Of a DNA stretch of 64,000 nt, positions 36,479-43,235 are shown in pieces. The stretch comes from an uncultured virus (IMG/VR IMGVR_UViG_3300034071_002561) (Duplodnaviria; Heunggongvirae; Uroviricota; Caudoviricetes). The DNA lies in the IMG/VR virus record IMGVR_UViG_3300034071_002561; one strand, written 5' to 3'. The notes below the pieces were generated by a model, which worked only from the letters and a program-made list of their open reading frames with translations, was not told where the DNA came from and ran no database searches. The translations under genes were made by a program, and so were the position numbers. Position 1 is the first letter of the stretch. Each line of letters begins with the position of its first letter.

Positions 36479-36570
36479 GCCAGCGAGACTTGGTAGTCAG
36501 AGAGGTTTTATAAACCTTTTAGCGCCAGATTAGCGTTCTTGAGAGGGTTCGATTCCCTCCGCTGGTACCA
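36479..36570 (+). tRNA. Atypical tRNA with TAT anticodon (Ile AUA reader), long variable arm, tiny D-loop
   Basis: GCCAGCG/CGCTGGT acceptor, GACT-TGGT-AGTC D-arm, loop TTTATAA, AGCGC/GCGTT V-arm, ACCA. Confidence 0.75.
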
Positions 36571-36574
36571 TTAT

Positions 36575-36652
36575 GTGTCGGTGGCAGAGAGGCCCATTGC
36601 AACGGATTGCAAATCCGTAAAACCGTCAGTTCAAATCTGACCCGACACTCCA
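36575..36652 (+). tRNA. tRNA-Cys(GCA) copy 2
   Basis: Loop TTGCAAA, U73, CCA. Confidence 0.92.
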
Positions 36653-36663
36653 GTAGAGTAAAT

Positions 36664-37257
36664 ATGTCTATGCTACCTGTTTATGAAAAATATGCGTTAT
36701 TGTCTAATAATGAAAAATTATTTTTATTCAATTTCGTATCTGGATTAAAATCAAATTCAATAATTTTAGAAGTAGGAACTTTTCTCGGTGGAAGTGCTGC
36801 TATAATGGCATCTTCTAATCCACAAGTAATCGTTCATACTATAGATGATTATAATGACAGACACGACAGGCATAAGCAATCAGTAAGTCTTATGTTGCTA
36901 GAGTCTCTAGGTGAGAACCCTAGAACTAAAGAAAATGTAGAATTGTTATTAAAAGATTACAAAAATATATTTTTCCATAAAGGTAAAAGCCCTGATAATT
37001 TTAAAAATTGGGGAACACCGATTGATGTCTATTTCGAAGATGGTCTTCATAGAAATCCTACGTTAGAAAATAATGTAAATTACTGGACAAAATTCTTATC
37101 AAAAAATGGTTACGTGATATTTCATGATCATCGACCGTTTCTTGAAACAGATCATCCTAGTAGATTTGAAGACGTAATTGATATCGTTCAAAGATTATCT
37201 AGTAATTTTGAGATAATCTCACAAGAAGAATCTTTGATTATTTTACAACAAAAATAA
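36664..37257 (+). CDS. Class I SAM methyltransferase (Methyltransf_24-like); start 36664 or 36670
   Basis: ILEVGTFLGGSA, IDVYFEDGLH, GYVIFHD. Confidence 0.8.
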   Translation: MSMLPVYEKYALLSNNEKLFLFNFVSGLKSNSIILEVGTFLGGSAAIMASSNPQVIVHTIDDYNDRHDRHKQSVSLMLLESLGENPRTKENVELLLKDYKNIFFHKGKSPDNFKNWGTPIDVYFEDGLHRNPTLENNVNYWTKFLSKNGYVIFHDHRPFLETDHPSRFEDVIDIVQRLSSNFEIISQEESLIILQQK

Positions 37258-37264
37258 AATTTAT

Positions 37265-37342
37265 GCCCCTCTAGCCCAATTGGTATGAGGCGTTTCTCTC
37301 AAAAGGAAAATCGTCCCGGTTCGAGTCCGGGGAGGAGTACCA
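37265..37342 (+). tRNA. tRNA-Leu(CAA) with short variable loop
   Basis: TTTCT-CTCAAAA-GGAAA anticodon arm; one acceptor mismatch; ACCA. Confidence 0.75.
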
Positions 37343-37347
37343 AGTTT

Positions 37348-37438
37348 GGATGTAATAGTTGGTACGAGTGGGCATAAATTGCTTGCCCATGACATGTTTC
37401 GAGCATGAAGGTTGGTTCGATTCCAACAGCATCCATCA
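37348..37438 (+). pseudogene. tRNA-like element without a canonical anticodon loop
   Basis: GGATGT/GCATCC acceptor, GTTGG-TTCGATT-CCAAC T-arm, TGGGCA-9nt-TGCCCA arm, ends ATCA. Confidence 0.55.
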
Positions 37439-37444
37439 AGTTAT

Positions 37445-37534
37445 GGAAGTGTGGCTGAGTCTGGCTTAAGGCAGCAGTCTTGAAAACTGAAGTTCCGCAA
37501 GGGGCCGTGGGTTCGAATCCTACCACTTCCGCCA
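37445..37534 (+). tRNA. tRNA-Ser(TGA)
   Basis: Loop CTTGAAA, long V-arm, GCCA. Confidence 0.93.
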
Positions 37535-37540
37535 ATGTAT

Positions 37541-37614
37541 TCCCGGATAGTTAAATGGTATAACAGTCGGCTGATAACCGGCCATTACAAGTTCGATTCT
37601 TGTTCTGGGAACCA
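37541..37614 (+). tRNA. tRNA-Ile(GAT)
   Basis: Loop CTGATAA, ACCA. Confidence 0.88.
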
Positions 37615-37665
37615 ATTTTTAAAAAGGAGATCTGTCATGACAAGTGACAAGAGTGATAAGATGTC

Positions 37666-37740
37666 GGGGGTATAACTTAACGGCTAAAGTAGTAGGCTTT
37701 TAACCTATTAATCAGAGTTCGATTCTCTGTGCCCCTACCA
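37666..37740 (+). tRNA. tRNA-Lys(TTT)
   Basis: Loop CTTTTAA, ACCA. Confidence 0.9.
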
Positions 37741-37807
37741 TATAAAAACACATTTTTCTGAACGCCAGTCAGTTGCCGTGCAGAGTAAGATTAGTGTGTT
37801 TCTATAT

Positions 37808-37882
37808 GGTAATGTAGCATAATGGTAGTGCAGCACCTTCATACGGTGTACAGTGAAAGTTCGACTCTTTCCATTACCACCA
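37808..37882 (+). tRNA. tRNA-Met(CAT) elongator (Ile2 not excluded)
   Basis: GCACC-TTCATAC-GGTGT, ACCA. Confidence 0.85.
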
Positions 37883-37887
37883 ATTAT

Positions 37888-37963
37888 CTCTCTAAAGTGT
37901 TATCTGGTTGCATCCGCGGTTTGGGGCCGTGTGGTCTAGGTTCGAATCCTAGTAGGGAGACCA
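37888..37963 (+). tRNA. tRNA-Pro(TGG)
   Basis: Loop TTTGGGG, C1-G72, ACCA. Confidence 0.9.
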
Positions 37964-37965
37964 AG

Positions 37966-38180
37966 TTTTGTAAGTGTCAGCAAGTGAAGTCACGCTGTTC
38001 AGTATTCTTCGAAGGTACTGTGCAGTAGAAGGCAAGCGGGTTCGATGCCTGGCCTATCTGTAATGGATAGGCGATAGATGGAATCCACGCTGGATGAATC
38101 CCAAGTGACGTACCGACTCCCGTCCGGACTTGTATAATCGGGTGAATGGTGCTGATAACGTGGTAGCACTACTTACAAAT
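37966..38180 (+). ncRNA. Unidentified multi-branched structured RNA
   Basis: TTTGTAAGT/ACTTACAAA and GTCAGCA/TGCTGAT closing stems, GTCAC/GTGAC, several internal hairpins; no credible ORF. Confidence 0.5.
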
Positions 38181-38189
38181 TCAATCTGT

Positions 38190-38263
38190 TGGGGGTTAGT
38201 GTAGCGGTAACACTACAGACTTTGACTCTGTCATCACTGGTTCGATCCCAGTACCCTCTGCCA
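38190..38263 (+). tRNA. tRNA-Gln(TTG)
   Basis: Loop CTTTGAC, GCCA. Confidence 0.9.
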
Positions 38264-38267
38264 CAGA

Positions 38268-38352
38268 GTTCCGATCATCGCGGTAAGTGTAGCCGGCCGC
38301 CTATAAGGTCATCGATGATCGTGCCGTCGCGGGTAAGCGGCATCTCGGGAAC
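38268..38352 (+). ncRNA. Unidentified GC-rich structured RNA
   Basis: GTTCC/GGAAC, CGATCATCG/CGATGATCG, TGCCG/CGGCA stems. Confidence 0.45.
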
Positions 38353-38354
38353 AT

Positions 38355-38429
38355 CGGTCCGTAGCTCAGTGGAAGAGTTCTGGTCTTCGAAACCAGCTGT
38401 CGGGAGTTCGAATCTCTCCGGACCGGCCA
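38355..38429 (+). tRNA. tRNA-Arg(TCG)
   Basis: CTGGT-CTTCGAA-ACCAG, GCCA. Confidence 0.9.
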
Positions 38430-38442
38430 TTACAAGGAGATT

Positions 38443-38649
38443 ATGATGAAACCTATGACTTTTAAAAATCGTATGAATAATGAACGTTTTGTCTGTGATG
38501 ACGTCCGTGCTGTGGAAGTTATAGACGGAGAAGAATATCTCATAGTTCATCGACCCAATGAACATCGTGTTTTTAAGATGCGAAAAGATGCTTTGGAAAA
38601 AGATACCACTGTAGTGAAAGGGATATCACGAAACTTTGCGAAAGTTTAA
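38443..38649 (+). CDS. Small hypothetical protein (3' end overlaps tRNA-Arg(GCG))
   Basis: AAGGAG SD; 68 aa. Confidence 0.65.
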   Translation: MMKPMTFKNRMNNERFVCDDVRAVEVIDGEEYLIVHRPNEHRVFKMRKDALEKDTTVVKGISRNFAKV

Positions 38650-38678
38650 GTTCACGTTCGACTCGTGGCAGTGGTACC
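38605..38678 (+). tRNA. tRNA-Arg(GCG)
   Basis: ACCACTG/CAGTGGT acceptor, AAACT-TTGCGAA-AGTTT, CACG-TTCGACT-CGTG, ACCA. Confidence 0.8.
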
Positions 38679-38685
38679 AAACAAT

Positions 38686-38760
38686 GGAGTCTGTGATGTA
38701 ATGGTAGCATCCGAGATTGTGATTCTCGTCGCGTGGGTTCGATTCCCATCATTCTCCCCA
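38686..38760 (+). tRNA. tRNA-His(GTG)
   Basis: Loop TTGTGAT, G-1/C73, two acceptor mismatches. Confidence 0.85.
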
Positions 38761-38765
38761 AAAAT

Positions 38766-38841
38766 GCTGCTTTAGCTGATGTGGTCATAGCGGCGGTCTG
38801 AAGAACCGTTGAACCAGGTTCGATTCCTGGAGGCAGCACCA
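38766..38841 (+). tRNA. tRNA-Phe(GAA)
   Basis: Loop CTGAAGA, ACCA. Confidence 0.92.
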
Positions 38842-38929
38842 TATAACACTCTAGTGAAAGAACGAGCGTAGCTCTTAGGGCCTAGCCTGCGGCATTGCGG
38901 ATTGCGGTGGCTAGTGTGTTTTTATATAT

Positions 38930-39013
38930 GCGAGTGTGGAGAAATGGTATACTCAGGAGACTTAAAATCTCCCGTCTTAGGGCATGAGGGTTCGAGTCCC
39001 TCCACTCGCACCA
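38930..39013 (+). tRNA. tRNA-Leu(TAA)
   Basis: Loop CTTAAAA, V-arm, ACCA. Confidence 0.93.
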
Positions 39014-39038
39014 GAAATTTAGCATTGCTGTGTTAATA

Positions 39039-39674
39039 TTAATCAAAAATTCTAGCAGCTTCTTCAAAGCTACTAATTTGATTTATTGGAAATCTTAGAC
39101 TAAGGCTTAATCTCGAATAATATCCTCGATTATAATACACATTGTGAGGAATGTCTGTCCGAACCAATAAAGGGTGTGTAGCAGTTAGTTCACATTGATC
39201 AATACAGATTACATCTTCGGTGCAGTAGTTTTTATATGTAATACCACTACCATACAAGTAATCGAACATTGAAGATTTATATGGATTCGGTTGTAAAATC
39301 GGAAAGACTTCACAATTTTTTTTGAACGTCCACCACTTGAATGCAGATTCTGAATCTGTTAATTCAAAATTAATTGCAAACGGAGTTTTTATCCATTTAT
39401 TATTTTCTAAAAAAACATCAGTATGTATATGAGGATCTTCTTTGTGTTTGCTTGGATCACCTACGTGTCCAAAAATTATCATAACATTAGGAAATACGTT
39501 TTTTGATCTAAAAAAATGTTTCGCTTCGTTTGACAGAAAATATCCTGTTTTTAAAGATGTATACAAATATTGTCTTGAGTTTGGATGTTTGTTAGATTTA
39601 GATTGAATGAGCTCGTCGAGAACATTTTCCATTAATGGATTGAATGAAATAGATAGTTGTTTAAAACACTGCAT
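39039..39674 (-). CDS. Hypothetical cupin/2OG-oxygenase-like protein inserted antisense in the tRNA array
   Basis: HIHTD...AINF...LVRTDIPHNV...RLSLSLRF. Confidence 0.6.
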   Translation of the reverse strand: MQCFKQLSISFNPLMENVLDELIQSKSNKHPNSRQYLYTSLKTGYFLSNEAKHFFRSKNVFPNVMIIFGHVGDPSKHKEDPHIHTDVFLENNKWIKTPFAINFELTDSESAFKWWTFKKNCEVFPILQPNPYKSSMFDYLYGSGITYKNYCTEDVICIDQCELTATHPLLVRTDIPHNVYYNRGYYSRLSLSLRFPINQISSFEEAARIFD

Positions 39675-39696
39675 CTGATATTTATTTCTAAAACTC

Positions 39697-39725
39697 TTGA
39701 CAAGAGACTAAAATTGTCGTATAAT
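39697..39725 (+). promoter_or_regulatory. Internal sigma70 promoter of the tRNA array
   Basis: TTGACA-N17-TATAAT. Confidence 0.85.
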
Positions 39726-39739
39726 AGTTGTTGTAGTTA

Positions 39740-39823
39740 GCCCCGGTGGTGGAATGGTAGACACGTCGGTCTTAGAAGCCGATGTCGCAAGGCGTGAGAG
39801 TTCGAGTCTCTCCTGGGGCACCA
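39740..39823 (+). tRNA. tRNA-Leu(TAG)
   Basis: Loop CTTAGAA, V-arm, ACCA. Confidence 0.93.
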
Positions 39824-39991
39824 TTAAGAAATAGCATTAGCGGGTATCGTCTATGGACGCATAGACTTATGAAGAATAGGGCCATCTTACTCTTCTGAAA
39901 TAACCGTGGACAATGGCTGATGAGGAGAATCGAACTCCACTCAGAAATCCGTCTCATCCCATAGGGTGTAATGTTATTTTTTAATGGTTAT

Positions 39992-40065
39992 GCCTCGTTA
40001 ATTTAATGGTAGAATGCCCTCCTTACAAGTGGGATACGGCAGTTCGATTCTGTCACGAGGTACCA
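39992..40065 (+). tRNA. tRNA-Val(TAC)
   Basis: Loop CTTACAA, ACCA. Confidence 0.88.
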
Positions 40066-40072
40066 GTAATAC

Positions 40073-40158
40073 GGAAGACTCCCATAATGGTATTGGAGCG
40101 GCTTGCTAAGCCGTCGATCGGCAACGGTTTCGGGGTTCGAGTCCCCGGTCTTCCGCCA
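40073..40158 (+). tRNA. tRNA-Ser(GCT)
   Basis: Loop TTGCTAA, V-arm, GCCA. Confidence 0.92.
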
Positions 40159-40177
40159 AATTTTAAAAAGGAAATAT

Positions 40178-40357
40178 ATGAAACCTACTAAGAACTACAA
40201 GATGTCAAAGCCACTCAAGGCCAGCCTTGCACTGTCAACATTCCAAGATCCACATCAAAAGGGGCAGTGGAAACGTGCTATGATTGACGCTGAACTATGT
40301 GCGGCCATCCAACCTAAACGTGAAAAAGGTCGCAAGCCCGACGCAGTCAAGCAATAA
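40178..40357 (+). CDS. Small basic hypothetical protein
   Basis: AAGGA SD; MKPTKNYKMSKPLK... Confidence 0.65.
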   Translation: MKPTKNYKMSKPLKASLALSTFQDPHQKGQWKRAMIDAELCAAIQPKREKGRKPDAVKQ

Positions 40358-40363
40358 AATTCT

Positions 40364-40437
40364 GGGGGATTAGTTAAATGGGATAACATCGGCTTTGCAA
40401 GCCGAGATTGAGAGTTCGATTCTCTCATCCTCCACCA
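40364..40437 (+). tRNA. tRNA-Ala(TGC)
   Basis: G3.U70, loop TTTGCAA, ACCA. Confidence 0.93.
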
Positions 40438-40454
40438 GAGATATATAGTATTAG

Positions 40455-40528
40455 GCCCTTTTAGTATAATGGTATTACACCTGTTTTGTAATCAGGTTAC
40501 GGCAGTTCGATTCTGTCAAGGGGCACCA
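40455..40528 (+). tRNA. tRNA-Thr(TGT)
   Basis: Loop TTTGTAA, ACCA. Confidence 0.9.
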
Positions 40529-40544
40529 ATTTTACCAAAAAGTA

Positions 40545-40573
40545 TTGACAAACACAGTAAAGAATGTTATACT
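40545..40573 (+). promoter_or_regulatory. sigma70 promoter
   Basis: TTGACA-N17-TATACT with extended -10 TG. Confidence 0.8.
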
Positions 40574-40591
40574 TGTTTTGTTGCGTTAGAA

Positions 40592-40842
40592 ATAACGTGA
40601 CCGGCGAGATGAAGGGTAGATGAGAAAAGACACAAGGCGTGAGCTTCATGCTTACTCCGAACTTACAATCCAACTGAACATTGGAACGTGTTTGTGTGAT
40701 CCGATCCCTAATAGAATGTCATTTGTTAATCGGAAATATATGGACCTCTGTGTATTGTTAATTGCACATTGTCAAAGGAAGATTACAAACCTTCCGTTGT
40801 CCTTTGTCCGGTCTTTTACTTGACCTTTCGTCAAACCGTTAT
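40592..40842 (+). ncRNA. Long-range-paired RNA (ncRNA or structured 5' leader)
   Basis: ATAACG/CGTTAT, GATGAAGGGT/ACCTTTCGTC, AAAAGAC/GTCTTTT, ACAAGG/CCTTTGT nested stems. Confidence 0.5.
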
Positions 40843-40865
40843 ATTTTTAAAAAGAGAGAAAATCA

Positions 40866-41441
40866 ATGAACATCACACTGCGCAAGGCCAATGCTGTACA
40901 ACACAGCATCACAGAAGCAATCAAGAACATCAAAATTGATCTCACTGTAGAGATCAATGAGTTCCAAACAGTCGAGGACGTTATCACTAAAGCTAACTCC
41001 ACCTTGGTAGAAAATGACGGCCGCCGTCAGAAGCTGACCATGGCTCTGTACAATATCCGTGCTCTAGTAGGCACAGCCAATACCGCCAGTGGTATCGACA
41101 CTGCATTGGCCAAAGCAGCCTTTATCGACAAGCGTATTGGTCAGCTAGAGGAATTGGCCAAGGCCACAGAAATCACTGCTCTAGATGTAATCAAAGGCAA
41201 GCTGGACAAAATCCGCAACGACAAGAGCGAATCTACTCGCAGTCGCATCTACGGCTACAGCGACACAGTTACCACAGGTGTGCTAGGACTAGAACAGATC
41301 GCACAGGCCAAAGCAGAAGTGTTGAGTCTTAAAAAGCAGAAACAGAAGATCAACGACGAAGTGTTAGAACTCAACATCAAGACAGAGATTCCTCTTTCAG
41401 AAGATGTAGTTGCTGTATTGCAGGCCGAAGCATTAATTTAA
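40866..41441 (+). CDS. Coiled-coil hypothetical protein
   Basis: MNITLRKANAVQ...LELNIKTEI; helical. Confidence 0.7.
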   Translation: MNITLRKANAVQHSITEAIKNIKIDLTVEINEFQTVEDVITKANSTLVENDGRRQKLTMALYNIRALVGTANTASGIDTALAKAAFIDKRIGQLEELAKATEITALDVIKGKLDKIRNDKSESTRSRIYGYSDTVTTGVLGLEQIAQAKAEVLSLKKQKQKINDEVLELNIKTEIPLSEDVVAVLQAEALI

Positions 41442-41447
41442 AACTAT

Positions 41448-41521
41448 CGCGGGATAGAGAAACGGTAACTCACGAGTCTCATAAGCTCGAGATCCTGGTT
41501 CGATTCCGGGTCCCGCAACCA
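41448..41521 (+). tRNA. tRNA-fMet(CAT) initiator-like
   Basis: C1/A72 mismatch, loop CTCATAA; anticodon stem lacks the full three G-C pairs. Confidence 0.85.
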
Positions 41522-41535
41522 ACCATAAGGTACGT

Positions 41536-41763
41536 ATGAAAAATAAATCACTGAGTCGTGGTCCCGAAATTGACACAGAAAAATGTGTGGAAAATATAGG
41601 CGGTAATAGATTTGACTTGGTGCTGATTGCATCAGCTCGTGCCAGAGAGCTCAGTCGCAGACACAAGGCAGCTGAACTACAGACGCAGATGAACGCACCT
41701 GTGGCAGCACTGTTAGATGTGCAGTCAGGTGCGGTGGGTCGAGAATACCTGAAAAAAGTCTAG
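41536..41763 (+). CDS. rpoZ: RNA polymerase omega subunit-like
   Basis: EKCVENIGGNRFDLVLIASARARELS...PVAALLDVQSG. Confidence 0.85.
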   Translation: MKNKSLSRGPEIDTEKCVENIGGNRFDLVLIASARARELSRRHKAAELQTQMNAPVAALLDVQSGAVGREYLKKV

Positions 41764-41792
41764 TCTTAAGATTATAGATTAAATAAATCTAT

Positions 41793-41866
41793 GCGGGGTT
41801 CGTATAGTGGTAATACCTGAGCCTTCCAAGCTCATGCGGAGAGTTCGATTCTCTTACCCCGCTCCA
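41793..41866 (+). tRNA. tRNA-Gly(TCC)
   Basis: Loop CTTCCAA, TCCA. Confidence 0.93.
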
Positions 41867-41880
41867 AATAAAATAACAAG

Positions 41881-42417
41881 ATGAAAATAATCGTTACCGG
41901 ACATACGAGAGGTCTAGGAAAAGGCATTTATGATTATTTTTCTAAAGACAATGAAGTTGTTGGATTTTCAAAAAGTAATGGGTTTGATATCACTGACCCT
42001 GATTGTAGAACAGAAATAGTAAATGCATCTGAAGATGCAGATATTTTTGTGAATAACGCACATGTTAATGGAGATTCTGCACAACTGCATTTACTTAAAG
42101 ATATGCACGAACTTTGGAAACATCAAAATAAAATTATAATTAATGTAAGTAGTTTTAGATCCACTTTTGTAGATGGCAATTTTGAATTTTCAGAGTCTTT
42201 TCGAGTTAAGAAAGAGTTGGATCTTTTTTGTACAAAAAATCAACACGTATTAAAATATCCTTATCTAATAAATCTTAGACCCGGCCTTATTGATACAGAC
42301 AGAACACGCAATGAACAGGGTAAAAAAATGAATGTCCAAGACGTAATTGTGGTATTAGATTTTATTTTGAAAAACAAAGATATTTTTAAGATACTAGATA
42401 TAGGCTTTAAAGGCTGA
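41881..42417 (+). CDS. Short-chain dehydrogenase/reductase-like
   Basis: IVTGHTRGLGK, DIFVNNA, IINVSS, PGLIDT; catalytic YxxxK appears as FRVKK. Confidence 0.75.
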   Translation: MKIIVTGHTRGLGKGIYDYFSKDNEVVGFSKSNGFDITDPDCRTEIVNASEDADIFVNNAHVNGDSAQLHLLKDMHELWKHQNKIIINVSSFRSTFVDGNFEFSESFRVKKELDLFCTKNQHVLKYPYLINLRPGLIDTDRTRNEQGKKMNVQDVIVVLDFILKNKDIFKILDIGFKG

Positions 42418-42447
42418 AAAAATTATTAAATTCTCAGAAGACACATA

Positions 42448-43023
42448 ATGTACAAAACGATAGACAAAAATGAAATTTTTCAAAAATTTGATTTCTCATC
42501 GTTGATCACCAAGCAAGATGATCTCGAAGCCTGTGAAATTATCAAGACGATCATAGCTGACGGTAACTATTTTACTAATTCGCCTAAGTATCAAACCAAA
42601 GAAAACATCTTTGCTAGATCAGAAGCTGTATGGTTAAAATACCGTGTGAGTTTCATGATGAGTGCGTTCATGTATCTAGGCCGTGAAGCCAAAATATCTA
42701 ACATGATGGCCTGGAGTTTTATGACCAATCTCGAGGGTGCCGAAAACCGTGATAATCTCTGGCATCATCATTGGCATCCTACTACCCCCACCGCACAAAT
42801 ACTCAGTGGTATTTGGTATCTACACATACCCGAGGATGTTAAAGATCGAGACTATTGCGGTACAGAGATGGCACCGGGGGGTCCTCAATCTGATGACAGA
42901 TATTTTGTGCGTCCCGCAGATGGTAATTGGTTGATCTATCCCGGCAACATGTGGCATCGCCCCGGAATCGTACAGAGCGATCAATACAGATTTGTCTTAG
43001 CCGCAGACATTCAAATAGACTAA
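42448..43023 (+). CDS. Putative 2OG-Fe(II) oxygenase
   Basis: WHHHWH, LSGIWYL, LIYPGNMWHRP, RFVLAAD. Confidence 0.65.
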   Translation: MYKTIDKNEIFQKFDFSSLITKQDDLEACEIIKTIIADGNYFTNSPKYQTKENIFARSEAVWLKYRVSFMMSAFMYLGREAKISNMMAWSFMTNLEGAENRDNLWHHHWHPTTPTAQILSGIWYLHIPEDVKDRDYCGTEMAPGGPQSDDRYFVRPADGNWLIYPGNMWHRPGIVQSDQYRFVLAADIQID

Positions 43024-43024
43024 A

Positions 43025-43099
43025 CTGGCCATAGTATAATGGATAATACAGCGAGCTTCTACCTCGCGAATGTGGGTTCGATTCCTGCTGGCCGGACCA
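43025..43099 (+). tRNA. tRNA-Arg(TCT)
   Basis: GCGAG-CTTCTAC-CTCGC, ACCA. Confidence 0.92.
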
Positions 43100-43103
43100 C
43101 GCC

Positions 43104-43177
43104 GCTCTCATAGTATAAAAGCATTACACTACATTGGTAATGTAGAAACGGTGGAGCATTACCACCTGAGAGCACCA
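43104..43177 (+). tRNA. tRNA-Thr(GGT) with non-canonical T-loop and D-loop
   Basis: CTACA-TTGGTAA-TGTAG; T-loop AGCATTA instead of TTCRANY; ACCA. Confidence 0.7.
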
Positions 43178-43178
43178 C

Positions 43179-43207
43179 TTGACAAAAATTGATAAATGTA
43201 GTATAAT
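43179..43207 (+). promoter_or_regulatory. sigma70 promoter
   Basis: TTGACA-N17-TATAAT. Confidence 0.85.
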
Positions 43208-43235
43208 ACTAGTATACAAATTATCAAAGGCATAT

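Noticed and set aside
37265..37342. Reading this tRNA as a TCA (Sec/opal suppressor) anticodon
   Set aside because: The stem TTTCT/GGAAA centres the 7-nt loop CTCAAAA on CAA; no suppressor tRNA or sign of stop-codon recoding appears, and genes end normally at TAA, TAG and TGA
37622..37675. AAGGAG-led 12-codon ORF MTSDKSDKMSGV running into tRNA-Lys
   Set aside because: Too short to support from sequence alone; no associated structure
39917..39950. CTGATGA...GAAA resembling a hammerhead ribozyme core
   Set aside because: GAAA does not directly follow stem II, CTGA pairs with downstream TCAG in a simple hairpin, and no stem I/III with a cleavage triplet was found
37299..41666. Several track ORFs over the tRNA array (e.g. 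37299-37535, 37822-38028, 38189-38446, 38573-38842, 39772-39957, 40006-40191, 41433-41666)
   Set aside because: Shadow translations of tRNA genes (GFEP/GIEP/ESN motifs) without ribosome-binding sites
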